Of a stretch of DNA of 32,000 nt, positions 18,659 through 27,392 are shown in pieces. The DNA is from Sinorhizobium meliloti. Lineage in GTDB: Bacteria > Pseudomonadota > Alphaproteobacteria > Rhizobiales > Rhizobiaceae. The notes under the pieces were generated by a model. That model had not been told where the DNA came from. It did not search any database and saw nothing but the letters and a program-made list of their open reading frames with translations. Numbering within the stretch: position 1 is the first letter of the stretch; every line of letters starts with the position of its first letter. The DNA is taken from contig NZ_JAGIOS010000001.1 in NCBI RefSeq assembly GCF_017876815.1, forward strand, positions 330,001 through 362,000, given 5' to 3'. The position numbers were made by a program, and so were the translations under genes.

Positions 18659-20593
18659 TCACCAGCCGCCACCGCCGCCGCCGCCCCCGCCACCGCCGGA
18701 AAATCCGCCGCCGGAAGAAAAGCCCGAGGACGAACTCTTCGGAGGCGGCGGCAAGGAAGACGTCATCGTATCCGCCATCGAACCGGCAAAACCGCCGATC
18801 GTGTCGGTGAAGGACCCGGGCCCGAAGCTGTCGCCGTGATACCAGCTCGGCTGATAGGCGGCTGCCGCCGCGCCCGCGGAGGCCGCAAGCAGCCAACGCT
18901 CGAAGGTCTCACTCCAGGGCTTCTCCACACCGAGTGCGACGGCATAGGGGAGCAGGGTCTCGAAATGCCGCGGCGACATTTCCGGCGCGCCCTGCATGTT
19001 CAGACGGTCTTTCTCGGCAAGCGTAAGATATTGCCTGAGCCCGTCGATGCCATCCATCATGCGCGTGCCGAGCGGCGTCGGCGCGCCCATGAGGTAATAG
19101 AAAAGCCCGTTGACGAGGACGATGCCCCCGATCGCGAAGAACAGCGGCAGGTCGCCCGGATCGCTGGCCGAAAAGACGAGCGCGGCGAGAATGCTCGAGA
19201 AAACGGTGAACAGCACGAAACCGACGAAGGCAAGCACGACGATCGACAGAATGCGGCGTGCGAGGCTCGAGCCACGCCGCAGCGATTTGCCGACCGAAAC
19301 GGCGAAGGCGGAAATGAAGACGGCGAGGAAGACAGGGACGATGACGAAAGGAACGCTGTCCTCGCTCAAGTCGCCGAAGACGAACAGCGCCGCGAGGGTG
19401 GCGACCGAAAGCACGATGCCGCCGACCACGTATCCGGTATTGGCGCGGTAATACTTGCCGCGATGCTCGCGCTCCATCGCGCTGCGGAAGCCGGAGCCCG
19501 CCGCCTGGATCTTCTTGCCGTTCGCCCTGTCGATGGTGAGCTTGCCGCCGGCCGCATCCACCGCTTTCATCAGGGCCGCTTCGCCGGTCGGCAGCTTCTC
19601 GCCGTTCTTGCCCGTGGCGGTGATGACGACCGCGTTCTTCAGGTCCTCGAGGATGACATGCCCCTTGACCGCAAGGTTGAGCGCCGCCGCGGAAAGAGCT
19701 GTCCATCCTTCGCCGGAAAAGCCCTTGTTATCGATGTAGTTGACGAGCGCGGGCGACACGCCGTCCGGAGGGTCCCAGCGCGGGACCATGACCCCGCGGG
19801 CCGGGTCGCGGCCGACACGCACCCAGGCACGCCCGTAATAGAGCAGGACGAGGAGGAGGCCGGACCCGGCGATGACCACGGTCATGTGATCGCGCAGCCA
19901 CCAGATATTTTCCTGGGAGGAGGTTGGCCGTTCGATACTGCCCTTGGGCAGTTTGATCGCGACGGTCAATCCTTCCTGCGGGCGCAGCCGGCGCGTGGTC
20001 GCGAAGAAGATTTCGTCGCCCTCCTCCACCGCGCGCGCATCCTTTTCGGTCGCGCCGTAGCCGCCGGTAAAGACGTCTAGCGCCTCCGCCTTCACGCCCT
20101 CCGGCAAGGTGACGGTGGCCGTCGCCTCCTCGATCGGGAATGCCCATTCGGTTCCGGTCACGTTCCAATAGAGCTCGTCGTGATCGTCGAAGAAGCGTAT
20201 CTGCCGGCTCGTCTCGTAGGTGATCTGAAAGGTGTGTTCGCCATGCGGCAGGAGCACGTCGGCACTTCCCGTGTAGATGCGGATGCCGCCGCTGATCGAT
20301 TCCGTGCGGTATTCCTCTTCGTCGCCATCCCGCTCGACGGAGAGAAGGTTGAAGTCGACCTTGCTGCGGCCATTGCGCTCATCGGCGAAGGTCAGCGGAA
20401 AATCGCGATAGATGCCGCGCCGGATGCGGTTGCCTTCGACGTTCGCCGTGATCGTCTCAGTGACCGTGAGCGTGCCGTCTTTCGCGAGCTCGATGACCGA
20501 ATGGTAGGCGGAGATGAACTCTTCCGCCGCCGCGACGCGCGGCGCTGCAAGAACGAAGGTGACGAGCGCAAGCGCCGCGAAAAGCCGCCTCAT
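18659..20593 (-). CDS. DUF2207 domain membrane protein with C-terminal Ser/Gly tail
   Basis: Signal peptide [25 protein letters not shown], then an extracytoplasmic DUF2207-type domain ([19 protein letters not shown]...[10 protein letters not shown]). Several TM helices follow, and the tail ends with a run of 11 Gly plus Trp (nt 18662-18697). GAGGGA Shine-Dalgarno upstream. Confidence 0.85.
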   Translation of the reverse strand: MRRLFAALALVTFVLAAPRVAAAEEFISAYHSVIELAKDGTLTVTETITANVEGNRIRRGIYRDFPLTFADERNGRSKVDFNLLSVERDGDEEEYRTESISGGIRIYTGSADVLLPHGEHTFQITYETSRQIRFFDDHDELYWNVTGTEWAFPIEEATATVTLPEGVKAEALDVFTGGYGATEKDARAVEEGDEIFFATTRRLRPQEGLTVAIKLPKGSIERPTSSQENIWWLRDHMTVVIAGSGLLLVLLYYGRAWVRVGRDPARGVMVPRWDPPDGVSPALVNYIDNKGFSGEGWTALSAAALNLAVKGHVILEDLKNAVVITATGKNGEKLPTGEAALMKAVDAAGGKLTIDRANGKKIQAAGSGFRSAMEREHRGKYYRANTGYVVGGIVLSVATLAALFVFGDLSEDSVPFVIVPVFLAVFISAFAVSVGKSLRRGSSLARRILSIVVLAFVGFVLFTVFSSILAALVFSASDPGDLPLFFAIGGIVLVNGLFYYLMGAPTPLGTRMMDGIDGLRQYLTLAEKDRLNMQGAPEMSPRHFETLLPYAVALGVEKPWSETFERWLLAASAGAAAAAYQPSWYHGDSFGPGSFTDTIGGFAGSMADTMTSSLPPPPKSSSSGFSSGGGFSGGGGGGGGGGGW

Positions 20594-20622
20594 CGGGATT
20601 TCCCTCTTTCAGGCCCGCCGGA

Positions 20623-20666
20623 GCACTTCCAGGAAAAGCATGTAACGGTTTTCCGTCCGGAAGTGC
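20623..20666 (-). other. compound stem-loop in the lemA to DUF2207 intergenic spacer
   Basis: Outer stem GCACTTCC (20623-20630) pairs with GGAAGTGC (20659-20666). Inner stem GGAAAA (20632-20637) pairs with TTTTCC (20649-20654). It sits in the 119-nt gap between two co-oriented genes. Confidence 0.3.
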
Positions 20667-20712
20667 GTGGTTTCAAACCGATAGATCGTTTTATCGATTC
20701 AGTGAAACTGAT

Positions 20713-21264
20713 CTAGAACTTGACCGATGGAACCGCACGGTCCGCCTCGTTGGTGATCTCGAAATAGCTGGCCTTGACGAAGCGGAAGGCGTTGGCGATC
20801 AGGTTCGACGGGAAGCTCTCGACCTTGACGTTGAGATCGCGCGCGGCGCCGTTGTAATAGCGCCGGGACATCTGGATCTCGCCCTCGATCGTTTCCAACG
20901 AACGCTGGAGTTCTGCGAAATTCTCGTTGGCCTTCAGGTCCGGATAGGCTTCGGCGAGCGCGAAGACGCGGCCAAGCGCCTGCGAAAGCGCGCCTTCGGC
21001 CGCGGCCCGCGCCGCGACATCGCCTTCCGGCACCGCCTGAGCCCGGTTGCGCAGCGTAACGACCTCTTCGAGCGTCGACTTCTCGTGAGCGGCGTAGCCC
21101 TTCACCGTCTCGATCAGATTCGGGATGAGATCGGCGCGGCGCTTCAACTGCACGTCGATGCCGGACCAGGCCTCCTCGGCCATCTGCCGCGCCTTGACGA
21201 GGCCGTTATAGACGAAGACGAGATAAAGAATAACGGCGACGCCAATTGCCAGCCCGATCATCAA
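20713..21264 (-). CDS. LemA family protein
   Basis: Single N-terminal TM (MMIGLAIGVAVILYLVFVYNGLV), then LemA signatures (AWSGIDVQLKRRADLIPNL, YPDLKANENF, RRYYN). AAGGAGGG Shine-Dalgarno upstream. Confidence 0.9.
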   Translation of the reverse strand: MMIGLAIGVAVILYLVFVYNGLVKARQMAEEAWSGIDVQLKRRADLIPNLIETVKGYAAHEKSTLEEVVTLRNRAQAVPEGDVAARAAAEGALSQALGRVFALAEAYPDLKANENFAELQRSLETIEGEIQMSRRYYNGAARDLNVKVESFPSNLIANAFRFVKASYFEITNEADRAVPSVKF

Positions 21265-21479
21265 ACCCTCCTTTGGATCACGGCGATCCTACTGCATGCT
21301 TTCTTAAATTCCATTCGATTCAAGAACAAACCAACGTTCTACAGCGGCCGATCACAAGACCGCCCCTGCCCCTGCCCAGCAGGTCGTGCCGACGCCTGCA
21401 GCCTCAGGCTGTTCCACCGGTAACGGCAACGCGTCGGCGGATGCTCGATAGTCTATTCATCGAACAACCACAACGCTTA

Positions 21480-21498
21480 GAGCGGGATGCATTTAGGC
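21480..21498 (+). repeat. left terminal inverted repeat of the IS630-family element
   Basis: GAGCGGGATGCATTTAGGC matches the reverse complement of the right end, GAGCGGTATGTATTTAAGC, at 16 of 19 positions. Confidence 0.7.
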
Positions 21499-21572
21499 GG
21501 AATCGGAAAGGGGATTCCTTTTTCTGCGCAAATCAGATTCACCATTCAGGCCGGTGAAGGAGGCCGGCCTTT

Positions 21573-22519
21573 ATGGCGAGACCTTTTTCGAATGATCTTC
21601 GGGAACGCGTTGTCGATGCGGTGACGGGCGAGGGCCTATCGTGCCGGGCAGCGGCCAAGCGCTTCGGCATCGGCATCAGCACCGCGATCGATTGGGTGCG
21701 GCGGTTTCGCGAGACGGGCAGCGCCGCACCCGGCCAGATGGGTGGGCACAAGCCCCGCAAGCTTTCCGGTCCGCACCGGGCTTGGCTGCTTTGCCGCTGC
21801 CGCGAGCGCGACTTCACGCTGCACGGACTTGTCGCCGAGTTGAGCGAGCGCGGCCTGAAGGTGGATTATCGCGCCGTCTGGACCTTCGTGCACGAAGAGG
21901 GGTTGAGTTATAAAAAAAGACGCTGGTCGCCAGCGAACGGGAGCGGCCCGACGTCGCCCGCCACCGGGCACGATGGCTGAAGCACTGCCCCGGAATTGAT
22001 CCCGCCCGCCTCGTTTTCATCGATGAGACCTGGACGAAGACGAACATGGCGCCGCTGCGGGGCTGGGCGCCTCGCGGCGAACGACTGGTGGGCTACGCCC
22101 CCTTCGGCCATTGGAACACCATGACCTTTGTCGCCGCACTCAGGGCCGACCGCGTCAGCGCTCCCTTTATCCTCGATGGCCCGATCAATGGCGAACGCTT
22201 CCGCATCTATGTCCAGCAAGTTCTGGTGCCGGAACTCAAAGCCGGCGACATCGTCATCCTGGACAATCTCGGCTCCCATAAGGGTCAGGAGATCCGCGCC
22301 GCCATCCGTAAGGCCGGCGCCCGCCTGTTCTTTCTGCCGAAATATTCCCCCGATCTCAATCCGATCGAAAAGCTCTTCGCCAAAATCAAGCACTGGTTGC
22401 GTGAGGCACAGGCCAGATCACGCGACGCAATCCATGACGAACTGCGCCACATTCTCCAAGCCGTCACCCCACAGGAATGCGCAGCCTACTTCAAAGAGGC
22501 GGGATATGAACGGGCTTAA
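21573..22519 (+). CDS. IS630-family DDE transposase, expressed by programmed -1 frameshift (orfA 21573 to about 21917, orfB frame to 22519)
   Basis: orfA carries an HTH ([24 protein letters not shown]). I hand-translated the -1 frame from 21917. It reads [50 protein letters not shown] with no stop and joins the 22046 ORF. The DDE triad is visible in [12 protein letters not shown] and [12 protein letters not shown]. Confidence 0.85.
21912..21918 (+). other. A7 slippery run, candidate -1 ribosomal frameshift (or transcriptional slippage) site of the transposase
   Basis: The zero frame reads TAT AAA AAA AGA. Slipping one base back on the A run gives AAG ACG CTG..., an open frame through to the end of orfB. 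Confidence 0.65.
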
Positions 22520-22532
22520 ATACATACCGCTC
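22514..22532 (-). repeat. right terminal inverted repeat of the IS630-family element
   Basis: Reverse complement of 22514-22532 is GAGCGGTATGTATTTAAGC. The transposase stop codon (22517-22519) lies inside it, as is common in IS630 elements. Confidence 0.7.
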
Positions 22533-22543
22533 TAGTGCCCGCC

Positions 22544-22789
22544 ATGAACACGCCCGTGAGCTTCATCAACGTGATCGCCTTTACCGCCCTTTTCGCGACC
22601 CATGCAAGCGCGGGTCCGATCGAAAGGCCGAGCGGTGTGCGCCGCGCGCTGCAAATCTATGCCGGCGAGTTGTCGAGCGTCAGAGCGCCGGCGCTGAAGT
22701 GGCGGCTCGACGGGAGCGAGCACTTCTGCTCGCAGCGATCGGATCAGCTTGCCCCGCCATGCGGCCGGAGGACCTCCGCGACCTCTTGA
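22544..22789 (+). CDS. hypothetical small protein with signal-peptide-like N-terminus (uncertain)
   Basis: 81 codons with about 80% GC at third positions (counted by eye) and N-terminus MNTPVSFINVIAFTALFATHASA. There is no Shine-Dalgarno. Its stop abuts the glyQ stop (TGA|TCA). The IS ends 10 nt upstream of the ATG. Confidence 0.3.
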   Translation: MNTPVSFINVIAFTALFATHASAGPIERPSGVRRALQIYAGELSSVRAPALKWRLDGSEHFCSQRSDQLAPPCGRRTSATS

Positions 22790-23725
22790 TCAGGCCGCTT
22801 CCCTGTTCCAGTTGGCGCCACCGGCCTCCGTCAGCAGGAAGGCTTCGCCGCAGGCTTTCGCGAGCGTACGCACGCGCAGGATGTAGCTCTGGCGCTCCGT
22901 CACCGAAATCACGCCGCGGGCATCCAGAAGATTGAAGACGTGGCTCGCCTTGATGCACTGGTCATAGGCGGGGAAGACGCATTTGTGCAGGCGGTTGTTG
23001 CTGGAGTCACCAGGCGCACCGGCGGCCAGCAACGCCAGGCATTCCTTCTCCGTATCGATGAAATGCTGATGCAGCATCGCCGTATTGGCGTATTCGAAAT
23101 TGTGCCGCGAATATTCCTGCTCCGCCTGCAGGAAGACATCGCCATAGCTGATCTTCTCGGCGCCCTCGCGGCCGTTGAAGTTGAGATCGTAGACATTGTC
23201 GACGCCCTGGACATACATCGCCAGGCGCTCGAGGCCGTAGGTCAGTTCGCCGGAAACCGGGGAGCATTCGATCCCGCAAACCTGCTGGAAATAGGTGAAC
23301 TGCGACACTTCCATGCCATCGCACCAGCATTCCCAGCCGAGCCCCCAGGCGCCGAGCGTCGGGCTCTCCCAGTCATCCTCGACGAAACGGATGTCGTGCA
23401 GCAGCGGATCGAGGCCGATCGCCTCGAGCGAGCCGAGATAGAGCTCCTGCAGATTGGAAGGGTTGGGCTTCAAGATCACCTGGTACTGGTAATAGTGCTG
23501 CAGCCGGTTGGGATTCTCGCCGTAGCGACCGTCGGTCGGACGCCTCGACGGCTGCACATAGGCCGCGCGCCATGGCTTCGGGCCGAGCGCCCTGAGCGTC
23601 GTCGCCGGATGGAACGTGCCTGCACCGACCTCCATGTCGTAGGGCTGAAGCACGGCGCAACCCTTGTCGGCCCAATAATTGTGCAGCGTCAGGATCAGTG
23701 CCTGAAAGGAGCGCTTCGGGTTCAT
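22790..23725 (-). CDS. glyQ: glycine--tRNA ligase alpha subunit
   Basis: [40 protein letters not shown] aligns with the E. coli GlyQ N-terminus, and the whole length is highly conserved. Start chosen at ATG 23725 (311 aa). ATG 23752 or GTG 23827 are possible. Confidence 0.95.
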   Translation of the reverse strand: MNPKRSFQALILTLHNYWADKGCAVLQPYDMEVGAGTFHPATTLRALGPKPWRAAYVQPSRRPTDGRYGENPNRLQHYYQYQVILKPNPSNLQELYLGSLEAIGLDPLLHDIRFVEDDWESPTLGAWGLGWECWCDGMEVSQFTYFQQVCGIECSPVSGELTYGLERLAMYVQGVDNVYDLNFNGREGAEKISYGDVFLQAEQEYSRHNFEYANTAMLHQHFIDTEKECLALLAAGAPGDSSNNRLHKCVFPAYDQCIKASHVFNLLDARGVISVTERQSYILRVRTLAKACGEAFLLTEAGGANWNREAA

Positions 23726-23851
23726 GTGGTCCGGGAGGGGTGCAATGGTCATGGGATCCGGGTCCGAATTCGTCAAAATTTGCGGGGACAGGTGCCATGC
23801 CGCAGGGCGAGGGTCAAGCGCCTTCACCCGCCGGTATTCAGTCAGGCAGGC

Positions 23852-24043
23852 TCACTCGTCGTCGCGCTTCAGGCGGTACTCGCCGGTCTCGGCGTCCTTG
23901 ACGAGCGTGCCGTTTGCGCCGGTCTCGCGCTGACGGCGCAGGCGCTCACGCTGACGCGTCAGCTTCTCGGCGTCCGCGATGAACTTGCGATAGCCGATCC
24001 AGGCGATGACGGCGATAATCAGAAGCAGGATGATCTGCGGCAT
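23852..24043 (-). CDS. small single-pass membrane protein (63 aa), function unknown
   Basis: Strong GGAGGA Shine-Dalgarno 5 nt upstream of the ATG. An N-terminal TM (PQIILLLIIAVIAWIGY) is followed by a highly charged tail. Confidence 0.6.
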   Translation of the reverse strand: MPQIILLLIIAVIAWIGYRKFIADAEKLTRQRERLRRQRETGANGTLVKDAETGEYRLKRDDE

Positions 24044-24188
24044 GGTTCCTCCTCTGCATTTCCCTCAGATGGAACGGGGGCGCGAGGGGATGCAGCAAAT
24101 CGCAGTGTTAGCGCGCTCTTGCGGTACTGGCCAGATGCCGCGAGACCATTCTTCAAAAACACACGCCCGCGCAAGCAACGGGGCCGGT

Positions 24189-25055
24189 TCAAAGACCGAA
24201 ACGCGCCCAGAGCGCCCGTTCCTCGACGGCCTCGACGAGACCTGCAGCCGCCGATGCGACGAGCGGTCCCGTGATTGCTCCGGCCACGGCTGCTCCGGGC
24301 TGACGCCGCCCGAAGAGGCTTCGCGCGGGCTGGATCAGCTCGAGCCGCGCTTTTTCTCCATAGCGCTTCTTCACTTCGCCCCTGATGTCGCCGAGAGCAT
24401 CGACCAGGCCGAGTTCCTGACCCCGTTGCCCCGTCCAGAACAGCCCCGAGAAAAGGTCCGGATGGTCGGCCAGGAGCGAACCGCGTCTGCTCTTGACCAT
24501 CTGGATGAAGATGTCGTGGATCTCGAGCTGCAGGCCCTTGAGAAATTCGATGTCACGCTCCTTCTCCGGCTGGAAAGGATCGAGAACCACCTTGTTTTCG
24601 CCCGCCGTGTAGACCCGTCTCTCGACGCCGATCTTCTTCAGGAGATCGGGGAAACCGAAGCCGCCCGAAACGACGCCGATCGAGCCGACGATCGAGGTCG
24701 GATCGGCGATGATCTCATCGCCGGCCAGTGCGATCATGTAACCACCGGACGCGGCCACGTCCTCGACGAAGATCAGCACACGCTTCCTCTTCTCCTGCGC
24801 GAGATCGCGGATGCGCTGATAGATAAGACGGGACTGCACCGGCGAACCGCCCGGAGAGTTGATGGAGATGGCAACGGCCGGGGCCTCTTTGACGGAGAAG
24901 GCCTTTTCGAGCAGCGGCGCAACCGTCGCAAGATTGAGAACCGGTCGGAGCGGGCTGCCGCCGGCCATGATTGCGCCATGCAGCCTGATCGCCGGAATCG
25001 TCACACCATCCCTGCGGAAGCGCTTCGGCATCAGCTTTCTGAAAAATCCGGCCAT
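24189..25055 (-). CDS. S49 family peptidase (SppA, 36K type)
   Basis: S49 motifs are readable (VAISINSPGGSPV, ASGGYMIALAGDEIIADPTSIVGSIGV). ATG 25055 gives 288 aa, with an AGGAG only 2 nt upstream. ATG 25085 is an alternative. Confidence 0.88.
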   Translation of the reverse strand: MAGFFRKLMPKRFRRDGVTIPAIRLHGAIMAGGSPLRPVLNLATVAPLLEKAFSVKEAPAVAISINSPGGSPVQSRLIYQRIRDLAQEKRKRVLIFVEDVAASGGYMIALAGDEIIADPTSIVGSIGVVSGGFGFPDLLKKIGVERRVYTAGENKVVLDPFQPEKERDIEFLKGLQLEIHDIFIQMVKSRRGSLLADHPDLFSGLFWTGQRGQELGLVDALGDIRGEVKKRYGEKARLELIQPARSLFGRRQPGAAVAGAITGPLVASAAAGLVEAVEERALWARFGL

Positions 25056-25193
25056 TTCAACTCCTGCCCGCTGCAATCTCTGCATATCTGCTTAAATCCT
25101 AGCCGATTTAAGAACGAAGACATGCAGCAATCCAAATTGTCGTCGTGCATGTATGCATTGGCGTCGCAAACGCAATGCCCTGCTTACGGTTAA

Positions 25194-25964
25194 TCATCGG
25201 CGATGATAGGCCGCGCGGCCATTGTTGAGATCGTCGACCTCCGGCGAAAAGCGGTGGCCCTCCCCGTGCATCACGAGCGGCGCGCGCAGCGCCAGCCGCT
25301 TGCGGCTCTGCTTGATCGCGGAAACGAGGATGCGCACGGCATTTTCGCCCGCCCGCGGCAGGAGCGGGGTGATCTCTAAACCGCCGAAGCGGCGGCCGCA
25401 GGCCCCGATTATCCCGGCGATCGATTCCGGCCGGGCGATCAGAGAAAGCTGTCCGCCCGGCTTCATGATTGCCCCGGCCGTTTTGATCCACGCTTCGAAC
25501 AGGTCGCCGCTCATGGCATGGGCTTCCGCCTTTAGCCGGTCGGGCGTCCTGCGGTCCGCGGCGTCGTTGAAGGGTGGGTTCATGATCACGTGGTCGAATG
25601 TGTCGTCCGGAAGACCCGCGGCTGCGCGCGCCTTGCCGCTCAGCGAGACATCGGCTTCGAGCACCGAGACGCGGTCGGCAAGATGGGCGTTCTCAGGCAA
25701 TGCGAGGCTGCGGCGCGCAAAATCCGCCATGACCGGCGAACGCTCGACCAGCAGCACCTCGGCCTCCTCGATCCGCGACGCGACGGCCATGCCGGCCGCC
25801 CCGGCTCCGGCGCCGAGATCGGCGACGCGGCACGCGCCGCGGCAGGAAACGAGGGATGCGACCAGCATCGCATCCATTCCCGAACGGTGCCCCTGACCAA
25901 GAGGCTGGATCAGGTGGAACCTGCCGCGGTGGAAAGCATCCACCGTCTCCGGAATTCCCGTCAT
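25194..25964 (-). CDS. SAM-dependent N6-adenine methyltransferase, TrmN6/YfiC-like (tRNA m6A37 type)
   Basis: SAM-binding VADLGAGAGAAG and catalytic NPPF (HVIMNPPFNDA). The ORF is trimmed to ATG 25964, giving 256 aa. Confidence 0.78.
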   Translation of the reverse strand: MTGIPETVDAFHRGRFHLIQPLGQGHRSGMDAMLVASLVSCRGACRVADLGAGAGAAGMAVASRIEEAEVLLVERSPVMADFARRSLALPENAHLADRVSVLEADVSLSGKARAAAGLPDDTFDHVIMNPPFNDAADRRTPDRLKAEAHAMSGDLFEAWIKTAGAIMKPGGQLSLIARPESIAGIIGACGRRFGGLEITPLLPRAGENAVRILVSAIKQSRKRLALRAPLVMHGEGHRFSPEVDDLNNGRAAYHRR

Positions 25965-25998
25965 GCCGCTTTCCGCCTCGCGGAAGGGCCGCAGCCGA

Positions 25999-26220
25999 TC
26001 ATTGCCGCAATTCCAATTCGAGGCCCGCATCGATCAGAATGCGCCGCGCCCGATCGGCATCGTCCTCGGCGACCAGGAAGCGCCGCGGCAAGAGGCCGAG
26101 CGATCCTTCGAGTATGCTCATGTCCTGATCGGCGATGAAGCATCCGATGCCGGCGTCCTTCATCAGGCTTTCGGCAAAGGAAAGAAGGACGGCATCATTG
26201 GTGCGGATCAGTTCTTTCAT
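25999..26220 (-). CDS. DUF2007 domain protein (small putative signal-transducing protein fold)
   Basis: 73 aa: MKELIRTNDAVLLSFAESLMKDAGI...AEDDADRARRIL, typical of DUF2007. It ends 34 nt upstream of the methyltransferase start, so they probably form an operon. Confidence 0.65.
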   Translation of the reverse strand: MKELIRTNDAVLLSFAESLMKDAGIGCFIADQDMSILEGSLGLLPRRFLVAEDDADRARRILIDAGLELELRQ

Positions 26221-26327
26221 CCGGCTCTATTTTCCTGTCTTAAAGCTGCGGGCGGGGCAATTCGCCTCTTGCCGCCCGAAGCCCCTCTTTCTATTGTCGA
26301 ACCCGCAACGAAACAGGAGTCCGGGCG

Positions 26328-27344
26328 TTGGGCGTAGTGATACCGCTGGAAGACAATAAAAACAAACAGGCATCTGTGAAGCCGCTTGTCGACCTGACGC
26401 TGTCCGACATGGAGCGGGTCAACCAGCTCATTCTTTCCAAGGCGGGCTCCGACGTCCAGATGATCCCGGAAGTCGCCAACCACCTGATTTCCTCGGGCGG
26501 CAAACGGCTCCGGCCGATGCTGACGCTCGCAGCCGCTTCGATGTTCGGCTACGAGGGAGATGGTCACATCAAGCTCGCGACCAGCGTCGAGTTCATGCAC
26601 ACGGCGACCCTTTTGCACGACGACGTGGTCGACGAGAGCGACCTGAGGCGCGGCAAATCGACGGCGCGGACGATCTGGGGCAACCAGGCAAGCGTGCTCG
26701 TCGGCGATTTCCTGCTCGGGCAGGCTTTCCGCATGATGGTCGACGTCGGCTCGATCGATGCGCTCGACGTCCTTTCGACCGCCGCATCGGTGATCGCGGA
26801 GGGCGAGGTCCTGCAGCTTTCGGTCGCCAAGAACATGGAGACGACCGAGGACGACTATCTGCAGGTCATCCGCGCCAAGACAGCGGCCCTCTTCGCCGCC
26901 GCCTCCGAGGTCGGGCCGATCGTCGCAGGCGGAAGCAAAGCCGACCGCAACGCGCTGAAGTCCTACGGCACCAATCTCGGCCTTGCCTTCCAGCTGGTCG
27001 ACGACGTTCTCGATTATGGCGGCACGTCGAGCGATCTCGGCAAGAATGTCGGAGACGATTTTCGCGAAGGCAAGATCACACTGCCGGTCATTCTCTCCTA
27101 TCGCCGCGGCACGCCGCAAGACCGGGCGTTCTGGCGCGAGGCGATCGAGGGCGGCGCAAGCGATGCGGCAAATCTCGAAAAGGCGCTGGGTCTCATCCGT
27201 CGCTACGGGGGGCTTACGGATACGATCGCCCGTGCCAAGCACTACGGCACGATCGCCCGCGACGCGCTCGCGCCGCTGCCGGCTTCGCCATGGAAATCGG
27301 CGCTCGTCGAGGTGATCGATTTCTGCATCGATCGGGTAAGCTGA
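26328..27344 (+). CDS. ispB: polyprenyl (octaprenyl) diphosphate synthase
   Basis: Both Asp-rich motifs are present (LLHDDVVDESDLRRGK and FQLVDDVLDY). TTG start at 26328 with an AGGAG 7 nt upstream. Confidence 0.9.
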   Translation: MGVVIPLEDNKNKQASVKPLVDLTLSDMERVNQLILSKAGSDVQMIPEVANHLISSGGKRLRPMLTLAAASMFGYEGDGHIKLATSVEFMHTATLLHDDVVDESDLRRGKSTARTIWGNQASVLVGDFLLGQAFRMMVDVGSIDALDVLSTAASVIAEGEVLQLSVAKNMETTEDDYLQVIRAKTAALFAAASEVGPIVAGGSKADRNALKSYGTNLGLAFQLVDDVLDYGGTSSDLGKNVGDDFREGKITLPVILSYRRGTPQDRAFWREAIEGGASDAANLEKALGLIRRYGGLTDTIARAKHYGTIARDALAPLPASPWKSALVEVIDFCIDRVS

Positions 27345-27350
27345 GCCACT

Positions 27351-27392
27351 TCATGTTTCCTTGCATCGCGGCCGATCCAAGGGCGGAAACAT
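27351..27392 (+). terminator. long stem-loop immediately after ispB (possible terminator or RNA element; no U-tract)
   Basis: CATGTTTCCTTG (27351-27362) pairs with CAAGG-gc-GGAAACATG (27377-27392), giving 9+5 bp with a 2-nt bulge. An inner ATCG/CGAT stem is also possible. It begins 7 nt after the TGA. Confidence 0.35.

Larger units (their letters stand above)
21480..22532 (+). mobile_element. IS630-family insertion sequence, complete (1053 bp), ISRm2011-2-like
   Basis: Imperfect terminal inverted repeats are flanked by a TA/TA duplication (21478-21479 and 22533-22534). It carries a two-frame DDE transposase. The length and features match my recollection of S. meliloti ISRm2011-2 (unverified). 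Confidence 0.9.

Noticed and set aside
18662-18697. (GCC)n-like trinucleotide tract that looks like a microsatellite or simple repeat
   Set aside because: It is in frame and encodes the poly-Gly C-terminus of the DUF2207 protein, so it is not an independent repeat element. It is noted only as a possible slippage hotspot.
18452-20080. 542-aa + strand ORF antisense to the 5' end of glyS and to the DUF2207 gene
   Set aside because: It is Arg/Gly/Ala-rich and low-complexity. It crosses an intergenic gap and overlaps two well-supported minus-strand genes, so it is a GC-driven shadow ORF.
22940-25193. 444-aa and 395-aa + strand ORFs antisense to glyQ, the 63-aa membrane protein gene and the S49 peptidase gene
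   Set aside because: They span several minus-strand genes and their intergenic gaps and have no recognisable motifs. The minus-strand products are highly conserved enzymes.
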